In this document: in pieces, positions 9,584 to 21,895 of the stretch
How the letters are laid out: the number at the start of each line of letters is the position of its first letter
How positions within the stretch are numbered: position 1 is the first letter of the stretch
DNA from: Rebecca billardiae RCC1528
Taxonomy: Eukaryota; Protista; Haptophyta
Assembly: GCA_965240325.2 (NCBI GenBank)
Contig: OZ251222.1
Span: 1,116,001-1,180,000, forward strand
DNA: 64,000 nucleotides
Reading direction: 5' to 3'
Translations under genes and position numbers: made by a program
The notes under the pieces: generated by a model
What the model saw: only the letters and a program-made list of their open reading frames with translations
Databases searched by the model: none
What the model was told of the DNA's origin: nothing

Positions 9584-12500
9584 GTGGTGCGATAAACACC
9601 GAAGGCTGGTGGCAGCTTACTAATCAGAAGATGGCTCAAACAACCAGAGGTCACAGCACACCATGCATCGTGCCCTGACCGTGCACGGTCCTGCAGTGCG
9701 CAGACTCACAGTGGACCGGATGTTCTTCCGGGTGAGGCGGCACTCGCCGCCGCAAGGAAAAGCGCATCAGCAGGCGGCTCCGAGTCGCAGCTGCATCGCG
9801 TCCCACCCAACCCACCCTACACAAGGAAGCTGCAGTGCAGTCATATCGTCTACTCATCATTGGACGTGTGATCCCCACCTGAGTCTGACCCTGCCTTGCG
9901 CTTCCCGCGGCCGTCGCCAGCCTTCGGCTTTGCTTCTGCTGCACATGGAGGAAGCGGCACCCCACCTTGGGGCAGCTGCCGCTCCGCTGGAACGAGTGGC
10001 ACACGCCCGTGACTGGTCGTCTCGGAGCGCTGGCACAAGGGCCGTGTCGTTCACCTCGTCCAGCACCATGTGCTCAGGGAGCAGGGCACGCGCACTGCTC
10101 ACGCCCCTCCGGCGATGGCACGGATGCCCCGGCGGCGAGGACGTCCAAGAACTGCGGGAACGGCGGCACTTGGCCGCCGGAGATCTCTCCGAGTGCCCGG
10201 GGAGCTTCTTCGAGGCGTTGAGCGGCCCGGGCAGCGCATCAGCAGCGCATCAGCAGGCGGCTCCGAGTCGCAGCTGCATCGCGTTGCGTTGCCCCCCGGG
10301 GGCGCGGCGACGGCCTCGGCGAGCGTGCCCTTGTGGCCGCAGCTGGGCTGGCACAGCGACATGGCCCAGTCCTCGTGGCGCGATGGCCCGCAAGGATCGG
10401 GCCTCCCCCGACAGCCGGCTCTTCGCGGGTCGGCGAGGGTTGCCAACAACCTGCAACCGAGAAGCGCTCGTTGCATTCCGCGGCGCTGCCGCAGACGGTC
10501 GGGGCGAGCGTGCCCTCGGGGCCACCGTCGGTGTCTCATGGAGACAGGGTCCAGTCCTCGTGGCTCGATGGCCCGCTGGCGCTCTGGCCTACCTCAGTCG
10601 GCCCTTCGGGAGTCTGTGAGGGTTGCCTGCAACCTGCAACCGGGAAGCTCACGCCGCATATCGCGGTGCTGCAGCGGACGGTCTGGGCGTGTGCGCCCTT
10701 GTGGCCGCCGCCGTCGTCTCATGGAGACAGGGTCCAGCCCTCGTGGCTCGGTGGCTCGCTGGTGCTCTGGCCTACCTCAGGCGGCCCTTCGGGAGTCTGT
10801 GAGGGTTGCCTGCAACCTGCAACCGGGAAGCTCACGCCGCATGTCGCGGTGCTGCGGCGGACGGTCTGGGCGTGTGCGCCCCTGTGGCCGCCGCCGTCGT
10901 CTCATGGAGACAGGGTCCAGCCCTCGTGGCTCGATGGATTCGTCGGGCGCCAGCGGCGCGTCGGCGGGGTTGGGGACGGCTGCCATCGGGGCGCTCGCTG
11001 CGCGGCGGCTGATTCCCGCCCGCGGGCCGCGGCCCCGGCCGCACGGTGACCCTGCGCACCCCGGACACCCGGGGTCTTTCGGTCCCGGATCGGCCGTCCG
11101 CACATGCGGCATGGCGGCCGGTGAGTTCGGCGTCGCAGCGGACGCACAGCGCCGGGAGGCGGTGCGCGCGCAACGCGACGTTATGCGCCGGCCGCCCGTC
11201 CACCAGGCGGCGACGTCAGTCATCCCAGGCCTGGTGGTGGCCACCGCATACCAGCGGCCGACGCTCAAGCAGCAGCAGTGGCACTCCCAGGATCGAGGCC
11301 GCGTGCCAGATGGAGCACCCCTTCAACTCGCCTGTGCTCGGCCTGGCACTCGACATGCGCGCGGCGGCCTCGTGGATCTGTGCACCAAGAGGCACCTCGG
11401 TCCACGACGCCCGACTGGCTTGGTTCCACACCGTGAGAGGTGGCGGACAGCCTGTCTGGCTGGTCGGCTGAACTGCGTCAGCTCGGACCGGGTTCCATCC
11501 GCCGACCCGAGTGGGTCTTCGGAGCGCGGAATGGTAAGACCGTCGGCAAGCCCCATGTGGCTTTCATTTGGTCTGCGGTGTCCAGTGCGTGGGCAATTGC
11601 GCGGACAGCGGAGTCTTCCGAGCAGATGCGCAGCACGCCTGCCTCCGCGTGGCGGACCTGGATCACGCCGGGTGGGATGCAGCGGTGGAGGAGCAACTCC
11701 AATCCCAGGCTGCCGGCGCCGCTCACCCAGACGTCCTTGAAGCACTGTGGGCCCGCACCCAGCAGGAGGCGCAGGACTGATGGCCGGCGGAGATCGGCTC
11801 GTCGCCAGACGTCGATCGCCTCTTCGGCAGGCACAAGTGGCGTGCCCATAATCCGCCTCGGGGTGCCACAAGGCGGCAGGGTCAGCCTGTGCGACAACGC
11901 CAAGGCCTCCTTGCACAACTCGTGTACAACGTTGCACGAACGGCTTCGGTGCACCTTGGGCGATTTCCCGGCAGGGGCGGCTGCCCTGGTCAGCGACGTG
12001 CTGGGACAGCTGGGCCACTCTGGATGGTCTATGATGCTGGGCATCGAGGACATGGAAGCAGGGTATCGCCGGATCCAGTGCTCTCAGCCACGATTCACGT
12101 TGCTCGCGCACTGGGACCCATTCCGCTGACGTGTGGTGTTCTTTCGCCTCCAGGGGTCAACTCTGGCCTGAAGAGCGCGGTCATCCAATTCAATCGCCTG
12201 GCTGCGTTCGTCACCAGGGTCGCAGTGCTGGCGCTTCCCATCTGTGTGGGGCACTACTTTGAGTAGGACTTTGCTGTGTGTGAGCCCACTTTTGCGAAAG
12301 GAGGGCCGGGGCTGCTGGTGGACCTGGGCCTCCTTATGGGCTTCCAGTTCAACCAGGCCAAGTCTGGTGAAAACCTTCCTAAGGGTCATACACGACTTCT
12401 CTGCTTTTGCTCGCAGCAGCGAGCTCAGGTGCAGCGTGCATGCTGACAGGATCTCTTTGCTGGTGGATACCATCGAAGCCATCCTTGCGGCAGGTTGCAT

Positions 12501-13489
12501 TGCCAAACAGTCGGACATGGGCAGCCTTCTGGGCAAGCTGCAGTGGGCTTCTTACCGCTTCGGCAGGGCCGCCCTGCAGCCTCTGTTCAGCAGGGCTCTC
12601 TCTGGGAAGGATCACTTCCAGCACTAGTCGGGGGCAGTGATGGACTCTCGCCTATCTATGGCCTCTCTCCTATTCATGGCCGTCATGCTGGGGGCCCTGC
12701 GCCCCCGGGTCTTCCGCTTCCGAAAGCACAGGCTCGTCAACACGAGTGCCTTGGCAGGTCTGCTCACTGGCTACTCTGGTGTGCGCGACTTGGCCCACAT
12801 CGTGCACTCGTTCTGGGCCTTGGCAGCTGCTTTGCGCTGTGAGGTCTGGTTGACTACGGGCAAGTACATGGTCGCAGCCACGCTGGTGTCGGGGACGCTG
12901 CAGCGTGCTGCAGGCCCTCGCCCTGTCACCTGGCAGCCGGCATCAACGCCAGGCGGGCGGGTGTCAGGGCAGGGCAGGGCTGGCGGCCCGCGGCGTGCCC
13001 GGCCTGGCCGGGCACGCCGTCAGCGGATAGGATCCGGCAGGACGTGAGCTCAGCTCCCTCCTGTCGGCGGCCGTCCGCAGGGCTGCTGGCAGCGGTGCTG
13101 GGCCTGTTGAGGGCTGCGGCACCGAGGTCGCCCGCCCGAGGGCGGGCGACAGGGGAGGGGCTAGGGCGGCCACACGCCCGCACTCACACCCAGCCGACGC
13201 TGCTGCTGCCGACAGCGCAGCGCCGGTCGGCAGGATGAATGCGGGCGGAGGGGCCGTCCGTTCCTGGCAATGCCTCATCCCTCTAATCCCATGCAAGCCT
13301 CCGCTTAAGGCGGCAGGCAAGGCATAGGGTCTGCTCATCTCTATTCCATATGCTGATCATCAGCAGCTGGATAAGTGATATGGTTGATTGGCTGACAGCC
13401 ACGTCAGCGGCGCCGTTGAGGCCCATTTGAGATGGGCAGCGCAGCTGACTCAGTCAGGGGACCTGGTTGACCCAGATGCCTGATTAGTG
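9584..13489 (+). mobile_element. Unit 2 of the DIRS/PAT-like retroelement pair, with degenerate RT/RNase H
   Basis: Same A and B ends as unit 1, 3-4 copies of the 183-bp unit (~10350-10937), and pol remnants. Confidence 0.75.
11800..12855 (+). pseudogene. Disrupted DIRS-type reverse transcriptase/RNase H
   Basis: Across frames: LGVPQGGRVSLCDNAKASLHN, EDMEAGYRRI, GLKSAVIQFNR, HYFE*DF (broken YFDD), LLGKLQWAS..GRAALQPL, NTSALAGLLTGYS..LAHIVHSFW; frameshifts and stops present. Confidence 0.75.
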
Positions 13490-13596
13490 CTTGAACAAAG
13501 TTTTCGCGCGTGTTGCACACGCCCCAGCCAACCGAGGGCGGTTGCCCCAGCTCTCCAATTGAGGTGAAGTAGAAAAAGTATACTACTACTATGTAG

Positions 13597-13723
13597 TACA
13601 GTTTACTATGTTTTAACGTGCACACTTGGTTAAGGCGTGATTATTAGGCCATCTGGAATTCCGGATCCGATCGAAGGGCCGTATTAACCAAGTGTGCACG
13701 TTTAAATCATATAGTAAACAGTA
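13597..13723. repeat. Short inverted repeat / possible tiny MITE
   Basis: aacgtgcacacttggttaa (13615-13633) versus ttaaccaagtgtgcacgtt (13684-13702), extending imperfectly to ~40 bp. Confidence 0.75.
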
Positions 13724-13785
13724 GCTCGGTTTTGATGGTCCTTTGGTAGCTCCAGCCGTAGCTCCGGCCGTATTAAAAATAGATT

Positions 13786-15268
13786 ACGAATTCTATGATT
13801 GTTGAACAGACACAGGCACGGTGCCTGTGTCTTTTTATACAGACTGGGACAAAACGGGAGAGGCCCCCCGTTCTGAACGTTCTCCAAACGCGTTTGGGGC
13901 CTCGCCGTTCCGAACGGTTTGCTGAACGGCTGAGTCCGGATCGCACATGAGTGAGTGATGAGTGGTCGGTTGTCATCCGGACTGCTAGCTGTAGACGCGC
14001 GACTGGCAGTCGCGGCGGGCTGTGCGCCGGCTGGCGCGCCTGTAGACCGGACGACTCGAGCGCTGACGGCCAGTCGTGGCGAGGAGGCCCTCGGGCCGAC
14101 GAAATGGCTATGCTAGTGCGTCTACTTAGTGGCAATTCAGGCTGAGCTCAGCAGACAGCAGCGTGCTCGTCAGCAGCGCCGAGCCCGCGGCCGGCCCGGC
14201 GCATACGCCCACCTAGCGGCGAGGGGCTGCGGGCGGCGGCCGGAGCAGCCACGTGGCACGTTAGGCAGTCATAATACTAGTCATTAAGTATAGCTAACGC
14301 GCGCGATACAACCCGTCAACCGCCGCGGACTGGGGGGCGCCGCCGCCCGATCCGCCAGTGACCACGTCCGCACTGACCGCGGACCGTGGTCCTGCGAGTG
14401 GCACGGCTGCACTGTTAGACTACTGTTGCCGCTGTTCAAGAGACTGGCCCCGGGACTACCGTGTCAGTGACAATCTTTATCTGAGCGAGTACAACTCGGA
14501 CAATTGACGTACGAATGACTTTCTGACTAGAGTCGACACGCCCCGACCGCCGCGGGCCAGTCGGCCGGGCATCGTCCGCTCCGGCCCGGTCGCTGCTGGC
14601 GGCGCCGGCCAGCCGACCCGGGCTGCACCGGCCGGCGGCCTGCGGCCGCCCGCCAGCAGTGGCGGCCGATGGAGGCCTGCCGTTCTGACGTTCTCAAACG
14701 CGTTTGGGGCCTCGCCGTTCCGAACGGTTTGCCAAACGCTCCCTGTCTGAGGCACGAGGGCGCAGCTCTACTAATCCTAGTTACAATACTACTAATGTAT
14801 GATGGAGAATTAAATCGAGACCAAACCGTTTAGTCACTTCGGCGAGTCCAACTACTACTAACTCCGGCGAGTCCAAGTACTACTAACGTCGGCGAGTCCA
14901 ACTACTACTAACTTCGGCCACAACATCATCCACCAGCTGCTGACCAAGAACCGGCTACACCATCGTCCACCATGACCACAGACCAGCCACTGACCAAGTA
15001 GGCGACGACATCATCCGCACCAGCTGCTGACCAAGTAGGGGACGGCCTGGCCGACGCCAACATGCTCACTCGCCTTTGATTCCGTACCCATGCACTTCCT
15101 GGTGGGCCTGACGACGTCCGGACGACGACAACAACGACATCCGCCATGGGGACCAACATCAACGTGCTCACACCACTGCCACTGCTGCAAGCTTCGACCA
15201 GTACCACTACAGACGAATCAGGAGAGCTGCGCCCTCGTGCCTGTGTCTTTTTAAAATCATAGAATTAG
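13786..15268. mobile_element. Non-autonomous TIR element (family Y)
   Basis: Left aattctatgattgttgaacagacacaggcac and right gtgcctgtgtcttttaaaatcatagaattagt; internal ~55-bp direct repeat (13868/14680) and 25-bp tandem repeats; same end sequences at 31088, 49852 and 49927. Confidence 0.65.
14838..14918. repeat. 25-bp tandem repeat x3
   Basis: ggcgagtcca at 14841, 14866, 14891. Confidence 0.9.
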
Positions 15269-15304
15269 TCAAAGGAAGCAGGGGCCATTCGTGATGAGCA
15301 GACC

Positions 15305-16312
15305 ATGAGCGTGGCGATGTTGGCCATCTTCACCTTAGCCGCGGGTGTGGTCATGGCGGCCGACGATGGCCACCCGGCGGCTTTCGTGGCGCCAGACGAG
15401 AAGAATGGCTCTGCACCGACGGAGGGCGGCGCTCCGCGCCGAAGCTTGTCGGAGGCGCGGCTTTGTCCGCCTACAAAGCCATGGGAGCGTCGCCAGCTCT
15501 TCGCATTCTCACACCTGGCAAAGACGGGCGGTACGACGCTCTCCGTGCTGTTGTACTACACGGCTGCATGCGTCGAGTGCGGCTCATACGAATCATCGGG
15601 CCACTCAAATGTCCGCCGCTCAGACGGCAGCTGCGACCCCAAATACAAGCTGGGCCTGGGCGAGCTTCATCAGGTCGCGCCTGAGCACCAGCCCAGCGTG
15701 CGCAGCCAGACGGCCACGGTCGTCTACGCGCACGCCAATGTGCGGTGGCACCTCTCCCTACCCCATGCGAAGCTGCTCGTCCTGGTGCGCAGGACAGTCC
15801 CGTTACGCATCTCGATGTTCATGACAGGCCGCGCCGGCGCCGACAAGCTGACCAACTTCTCCAAGTGGATCCGGTCGGGTAGGTACCGGCAGGAGGCGCT
15901 GAGCTCGCAGCTGCTCCACTATGAGAAGCTCTGGGGGTACCAGGGCAGCCGGGACACCGTGCGACGCGGTGGTGCCATCGCGCGCCTCTCGCCCCGCGCC
16001 CTGGCAGAACGGCTGATCGACCACCCGCGCGTCGCGTGGGTCGGGTGCATCGACGCGTGGGCAGCGTCGCTGATGGGGCTCGAGCCTGTGCTGGGCGTGC
16101 CGCTGCTCGAGGCCGGCATCCAGCTGCATTTTCGCCTGAACCACCATGTGGAAGTGCCGACGCTCACCACCGCGGACTACGGCCACCTCACGACGTTGGA
16201 GGCGAGAGAGTGCCTCTGGGTCGAACACCTGATCAGATATGTGCTGTGTATGGCGAACCAGTCCAGTCGTCCCGCCCGGTGCCACCCGCCCCCACCCGCG
16301 ACCAAGCACTGA
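15305..16312 (+). CDS. Secreted/Golgi sulfotransferase-like protein
   Basis: 335 aa; signal peptide MSVAMLAIFTLAAGVVMA, FSHLAKTGGTTL, degenerate 3'-PB LVRRTVPLRISMF, WVGCIDAWAASL. Confidence 0.65.
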   Translation: MSVAMLAIFTLAAGVVMAADDGHPAAFVAPDEKNGSAPTEGGAPRRSLSEARLCPPTKPWERRQLFAFSHLAKTGGTTLSVLLYYTAACVECGSYESSGHSNVRRSDGSCDPKYKLGLGELHQVAPEHQPSVRSQTATVVYAHANVRWHLSLPHAKLLVLVRRTVPLRISMFMTGRAGADKLTNFSKWIRSGRYRQEALSSQLLHYEKLWGYQGSRDTVRRGGAIARLSPRALAERLIDHPRVAWVGCIDAWAASLMGLEPVLGVPLLEAGIQLHFRLNHHVEVPTLTTADYGHLTTLEARECLWVEHLIRYVLCMANQSSRPARCHPPPPATKH

Positions 16313-16808
16313 TCATGTCAATTGTCATATCATCATGATTATGACGAGTCTCGTCTTTGCCGTCGTCGTCGCTGTCACAGGACGACGTGGGCACGCCGAG
16401 CGGCTGCGTGCTGTCACTGCCGCTGACGACTATGTGATGCCGAGCCCGATATATATGGCGTTGCTGGCCCCGCAGCCCCGCGCCGGTCGTGGTCGCCAGG
16501 TCGGCGCGGCCGGCGCCGCCGGCGCGGCGCGGCGCCACGCCGGGCGAGAGACTCAGTCACTCAGTGAGGCGAGTCGGCGCGACGCTGTCATCAGACGAAT
16601 GACGACGACTCCGCAGTCATCACTCAAGGCATGACAGGCTTCAGTCGGATGACACGACTCACAGTGATCATCGTCTTTATTGCCACTCGTCGGAGTCGGA
16701 AGTCGGTCTGTCGGACTGAACGGACTCTGAACTGAAATAATGCCTTGGGAGGATGAGCCGTGTGACGTGTCGTCGCTGCGCACCCCGGCCCCGCTCGACG
16801 TCAGGCGG

Positions 16809-18194
16809 TCAGCGCATGAGGTGTACGGTCGCGCGCAGGACGAGCGGCTCGTCCAGCCGGATGTGCTCCACGTCGTACGCCGGCTCGGGCAGCTGCGTCA
16901 CCGGCGCGTACTGCGGGCCCGCGCCGTGCTCGCGCAGCGCGCGCATGAGCTCGGCGGCCATCTTGGGCTTGACCTCTCGCGAGAGGCTGGCGACGTCGGT
17001 GATGTGGTAGATGGCGGCCTGCGGCTCGTAGTGCTCGTCCTTCTCCAGCCCGTCGACCGCGCTCACCTCCCAGAACGAGAAGGCGGAGCCGCGCGCGCCG
17101 CGGCCGCGCGGCCGCGCGATGTGCAGCCAGGGCGCATGCACGACAACGGCCCGACCCGCCGCCTGCGCCTGCAGCCGCTGGAGCGCCGCGGCGCGCGCGC
17201 GGCCCTCGCCGGCAGCCGCCGGGGGCACGAGCGTGACATGGAGCTGGGAGAGCTCGTCGACGCGCGCGCAGGCCCAGTTGTACCGCACGTTGCCGCCGCC
17301 GCCGCCGCCGCCCCGGCCGCCGCCGCCCCGGCCACCGCTGCCGCCGCTCGCCTCAGCCCCGGTGCCGGGCGGCGTGCCGGGCGCGGGCGGCGGCGCCGGT
17401 CCGGCGCTGCTGCTACTGCTGTAGGCGCCACGTCCGCCGCCGCCCTCGAGCGCGCGCGCGAGCTCGGCTGTGCCCACACCGTACTCGGCGGCTGGCGCGC
17501 CCGCCTCGCCCGCGCCCTCCTCCTCGCCCGCCGCCTCCGCAGCCGACACCGGCGCCGCGCACCGCCGCGTGATCTCGTCCGCCAGATTCGCGAGCTCGTC
17601 CGTGATTGGCTGCTCGGAAGTCCGGAAGAACGCGTCGGTGAGCAGGGCGCCGGGCAGCCCTGCGGAGCGCGCGCGCGTGCTCGAGGCGCCGCGCCAGAAG
17701 TCCGCGAAGATGCGCATGGCGTGCGCCTCGCCGCCCTCCTCGTGCGTGTGCAGCGCGGTGTGCGTCGGCGGGCGCGCGGCGATGCGCTCCCAGCACAACT
17801 GCCGCTCGCTGTCGCCAAGGGCACTCGGCACGATCAGGTGCAGTCGCACGCTCATCGAGCGCGGGCCTCGCTCGAGGCCCGTGAGTGTGCGCACGAGCTT
17901 GCGCAGGCCGGTCACGTCCGGGAAGTTCTTGTCCGCCGCGACCAGCGTCGAGCCGCGCGCCGCCGTCGCGAGCGCGGCGCTGAAATCCTGCCCGCGCGCC
18001 CGGCACTCGTCGGACGACGCGACCGCAAAGCCGCGCTCGCGCAGGGCTGCGAAGAGCGTGGACTTGCCGCCACCGGGGGGGAGCGACGCGCAGGCGACGA
18101 CGTGGACGACGCGGCGGCGCGGCGCGGAGGGTGAGCTGCGCGAGCTGCCGCCGCCACCGCCGCCGCCACGCTCGGCCGCAGCGGGCTGCGCGGC

Positions 18195-18225
<31 letters not shown>

Positions 18226-20237
18226 TCGGCCGCGCCGCCGGCCGACGCGCCGCCGCGGCCGCCGCCGCGGCCGCCGCCGCGGCCGCCGCCACCGCCGCCC
18301 TCGAGTGTGGTCGCGCACTCGCGCAGGAACTGCTCGGGCGTCGTCGGGCCGAAGAAGACGCGCGCGCCGCAGTGCTCCTCGGGCGTGCGCGCGCGCATCG
18401 TCGCCCAGTGCGTGCGCGCCTCCGCGCCCCCGCCGCCGCCGCTCGGCGCGCCCTCCGCGTCGGCCTCGGCCGCCGCGCCCGGAGGCGGCAGGCATAGAAC
18501 GACCACGGCCGCGGAGCCGCGGAGCAGCTGCCGGCCCGGCGGGCGGTCGACCTCGACGAAGCGGCCGGCGGCGGGGCGATCGCGCCGCTCGGCGCGCACC
18601 ACGCCCACCTTCTCCAGCTCGCGCCCCCACTCCTCCCCCAGAGGCGCCCCGCTGAAGTTGGCGAGGACAAGGAAGCGGCGCGCGAGGGGAGATTGCATCT
18701 CGATCGAGACCGGCGCGCCATGCAGATACGGTTCGAGGAGGGTGAGGTAGGAGGTGCCGAGCTGCGAGCTGGCGCGCGCGGCGGGGAGCGAGCCGACGTA
18801 CCGCGCCCACCCCGCCAGCGTCGCGCGCACCTCCACGCGCTCAGCCTGCGGCACGCTCCAGTTCTCGAAAAAATTGTCTACGCGCCGCATGTAGGCGCCG
18901 GCGCCGCCGTCGAGCAGCGTCGGGATGTGTGCGCGCACGCCGAAGGTGCGCGTGATGTACGCGAGGCACTTGAGCTTGGTCACGCCGAGCATGCGCGCGC
19001 CGCCCGTCGGCGGCGCGCCCTCCGCGCACCCCGACTGCGCCGTCCCCTTCGGCCGGCGCAGCGGCATCGTGCCCCCCAGCTGAAGCACCAGCCCCCGATA
19101 CAGCTCGGCCGCCTCGCCGCGGCCGTGCGTCGCGCTCCACACGAAGAAGACGTCGTCGTCCTTGACCTCGACCTGGATCTGCAGCGCGCCGCGGTAGCGG
19201 TACGTCTTGAGGTGCACGGCGTGCGCGTACGACGCGCCGAGCAGCGTGAGCAGCCGGCCGTACGGCCCCGCGCCGAGGGTGCCGGGCGCGCGCGCCGCAT
19301 CCATGAGCATGCAAATCTCTTCCTGTAAGGGCGAGGCTGCGCGCTCGGGCTCGGGGTGCGGCAGCCAGCCGAGCGGCTGCTCGAGCACGGCCTTGAGCTC
19401 GGGCTCGCCCGCGAGGCACCGCCGCCCGAGCGCGAGCGCCGCGTCGAGCGCCGCCTGCCGCCGCCCGCCCACCGCCGCCTCGTATGCACCAAGCAATTGC
19501 GCGAGCGCCGCCGCGCCGGGCACCGCGAGCGCGAGCAGCACAAAGCCCTCGAGGACGGCGCCCTGGACGGCGCTGTGCGGCAGGAAGGCCTGCGAGAGGA
19601 AGTGCGGGGACGCGCCCGCCCCCGCGTCCGAGCCCGCCGCGTGCCCGCCCACCGCGCTGCCCAGGATCGCCTCCACGGCCTCGCCATCGTCGTGGAGCTT
19701 CCAGCGCGCGGCTCGGAGCTGCGCCTCGACCTGCGCCGCCTGGCCCGCGGGCACGAACCACGCCTCGTTGAGGGGCAGGCGCCAGCGCGTCGCGACGGCG
19801 AGCACCTCGAGCGGCGAGAGGAACCGCCCGTCCAGCGTCGACGCCACCGTCGTGAGCACCGCGTACGCGCCGGCCGGCGTGGCGCCATGATCGCCCAACA
19901 CGCGCGGCACGACAACCTCGAACGAGTAGCACAGGCCGTACGTCTCGGCGTCGGCGTACCACGTGGCGAAGACCGCGTCGCCGCCACCATCCTCGCCCTC
20001 CCACACAGCGCGGAAGTGCTCGCGCAGCACCAGCGCGCCCATGCGCGAGTAGCGGTTCGCCACGCCGTTCTTCGAGTAGAAGGGAGGCGCCATCACGAGG
20101 CTGCCGCTGTGCTTCTTGGTGACCATGAGAAAGCCATCGGGCTCGGCGTCGACGCGCGGGCCGAGCAGCTTGTCCTCCGACTGGTTGCCGAACTTGGGCA
20201 GGAAGTGCGCGCGCACGAAGAGGCCAGGACTCGCCAT
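16809..20237 (-). CDS. RNL: Plant/fungal-type trifunctional tRNA ligase (adenylyltransferase-kinase-cyclic phosphodiesterase; RNL/Trl1-like)
   Basis: 1142 aa, intronless; KHSGSL..SKNGVAN, VLGDHG, WRLPLN and VQGAVLEG resemble plant tRNA ligase; P-loop PGGGKS, ADKN; 2H motifs HVTL and YHIT. Confidence 0.85.
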
Positions 20238-20365
20238 CGCCCTCGGCCGCCCGTCGCTGTGTCTGTCGCGAGCCCGAGCGGGACCGGGATGAGATTGGGG
20301 AGAACAAAAGTCCGGGATTCGGGAGCTGTCATCCAGCGCAGGATCGTCCGGTCAAGGGGATATTC

Positions 20366-21895
20366 ATGGCGGCCGCCGCGACCCAGCGCCTCCTGTCGTT
20401 CCATGACTTCTCGGAAGAATGCGACGACGAGCTTGCCTTGGTGGCCGCATGCCGCACGCCACGGCTGCACGTCGATGTTGTTGTGGTGGACTCGCCGCTG
20501 CGCTGCGCATTCGCTCGGTACGTCGTCGACGGCGCGCGCGGCATCACCCTGGTGCCAGCCGAGGGGGACGAGGGCGACGCGGGGCTGATGCGCACGCCGC
20601 ACGGCGCCACCCTCGCGTTCTACGCGAGTGGCCGCTCGGAGCGCGCAGCTGCCGTCGAGGCGCTCATCTCCGCGGCCGTGCCCGCCGAGCAGCCCTCGCT
20701 GAGCCCAGCGCCACTCGAACGGCTGCGTGGGCGCGAGTACGACGCAATTCTAATTGCTGCACCACTTCTCGGCATCGAGCCGAGCTTCTTGTCGTCCGTG
20801 GGGGCCCGGCGCGCCGTGGTGGTGGGCGACACGGGCAGCGTCAACTGCCTCGGGTACGACTGGCCCGCGTGCCTCGCGCACCTCCGCCGCGGCGCGCGCG
20901 AGGGTGTGACATTCCTTCCGCCCGCAACGAGCCGCCGCGCGCCGCTTCCACTGGCCGCGTGCGCCGCGCTGCCGCAGCGGTGCGAGGAGCTCGTGTGGTC
21001 GGCGATCTGCCGGTTCATGGGCGAGCGGCCCGAGATGGCCGGCGAGCCCGAGCTCGCGCTGCGGATCAACCGCAGCAATGCCCTCCTGTGCGCGCGCTGG
21101 CATGCCGAGCTGAGCGCGGGCGAAGCGCCGCCGCCGGACGCGGCCGAGCGGCTGCCCGCACCGCTCGCGGCGGCTGTCGATGCGTACGTCGCTCGGCACT
21201 CGAGTGGCGGGGCGACGCTCGAGCCGCAGTTCGGCAGCGAGCTCCGCGCGGCCGTGAGTACGTGCGTCCTCGTCTTCTCTCGAGCGCTCGCCGCCGGCGG
21301 GCCGCGGGCGGCGGTTGCGGAGGCCGGCGGCAGCGGCTGCAGCGTGTATGCTCGACCGCTTCAGAGTCTTGCAGAGCTGGCCATGCCCCGGGCGGAGGCG
21401 GTCGCGCGGCTGCAGCGGGCGGGACTGCGCCGTGGAACGCCGTGTTACGATCTGCTCGGCATGGCCCTGGCGCTCGGCGCACCCGCGAGCGCGCTCCTCG
21501 AGCGCATCGAGCTGCCAGCCACAGAAGGCGCGACGCGCTCAGGCGAGGCGGAAAGAACAGCGCCCGACTCGGCCGCGGCGGCGGCGGGGGCGCAGCCGAG
21601 CCGCAGCCAGCCGCCGCTGTGCCGGCTGTATTCGGCCGTGCTCGCAGCTGATGGGGCGGACTCGGCGGACTCGTCGGCCATGGATCGCCCTGCAGATGTC
21701 GCGCTGCAAGCGGCGCTGGCAGCGATGCTCAGCGCATCGCCGAGCGCAGACAGCGTGCAAACGACAACATGTGAGCCGGGCGGTGTGTCGGACACAGCCA
21801 GAATCGCCGGCGGCTCCGCCGAGTCTGACGCAGCTGAAGCTCACGCAGCCTCGCCAGCACCACGGTCCAAGAGGCGTTGCGTGTCAGATCATTGA
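20366..21895 (+). CDS. Hypothetical protein, possibly nucleoside-hydrolase (IU-NH) fold
   Basis: 509-aa ORF divergent from the tRNA ligase (128-bp gap); N-terminal [14 protein letters not shown] acidic motif, [23 protein letters not shown] in the order expected for NH-like proteins. Confidence 0.55.
   Translation: MAAAATQRLLSFHDFSEECDDELALVAACRTPRLHVDVVVVDSPLRCAFARYVVDGARGITLVPAEGDEGDAGLMRTPHGATLAFYASGRSERAAAVEALISAAVPAEQPSLSPAPLERLRGREYDAILIAAPLLGIEPSFLSSVGARRAVVVGDTGSVNCLGYDWPACLAHLRRGAREGVTFLPPATSRRAPLPLAACAALPQRCEELVWSAICRFMGERPEMAGEPELALRINRSNALLCARWHAELSAGEAPPPDAAERLPAPLAAAVDAYVARHSSGGATLEPQFGSELRAAVSTCVLVFSRALAAGGPRAAVAEAGGSGCSVYARPLQSLAELAMPRAEAVARLQRAGLRRGTPCYDLLGMALALGAPASALLERIELPATEGATRSGEAERTAPDSAAAAAGAQPSRSQPPLCRLYSAVLAADGADSADSSAMDRPADVALQAALAAMLSASPSADSVQTTTCEPGGVSDTARIAGGSAESDAAEAHAASPAPRSKRRCVSDH

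Noticed and set aside
14838-14918. 25-bp repeats as a CRISPR array
   Set aside because: Contiguous tandem copies without spacers.
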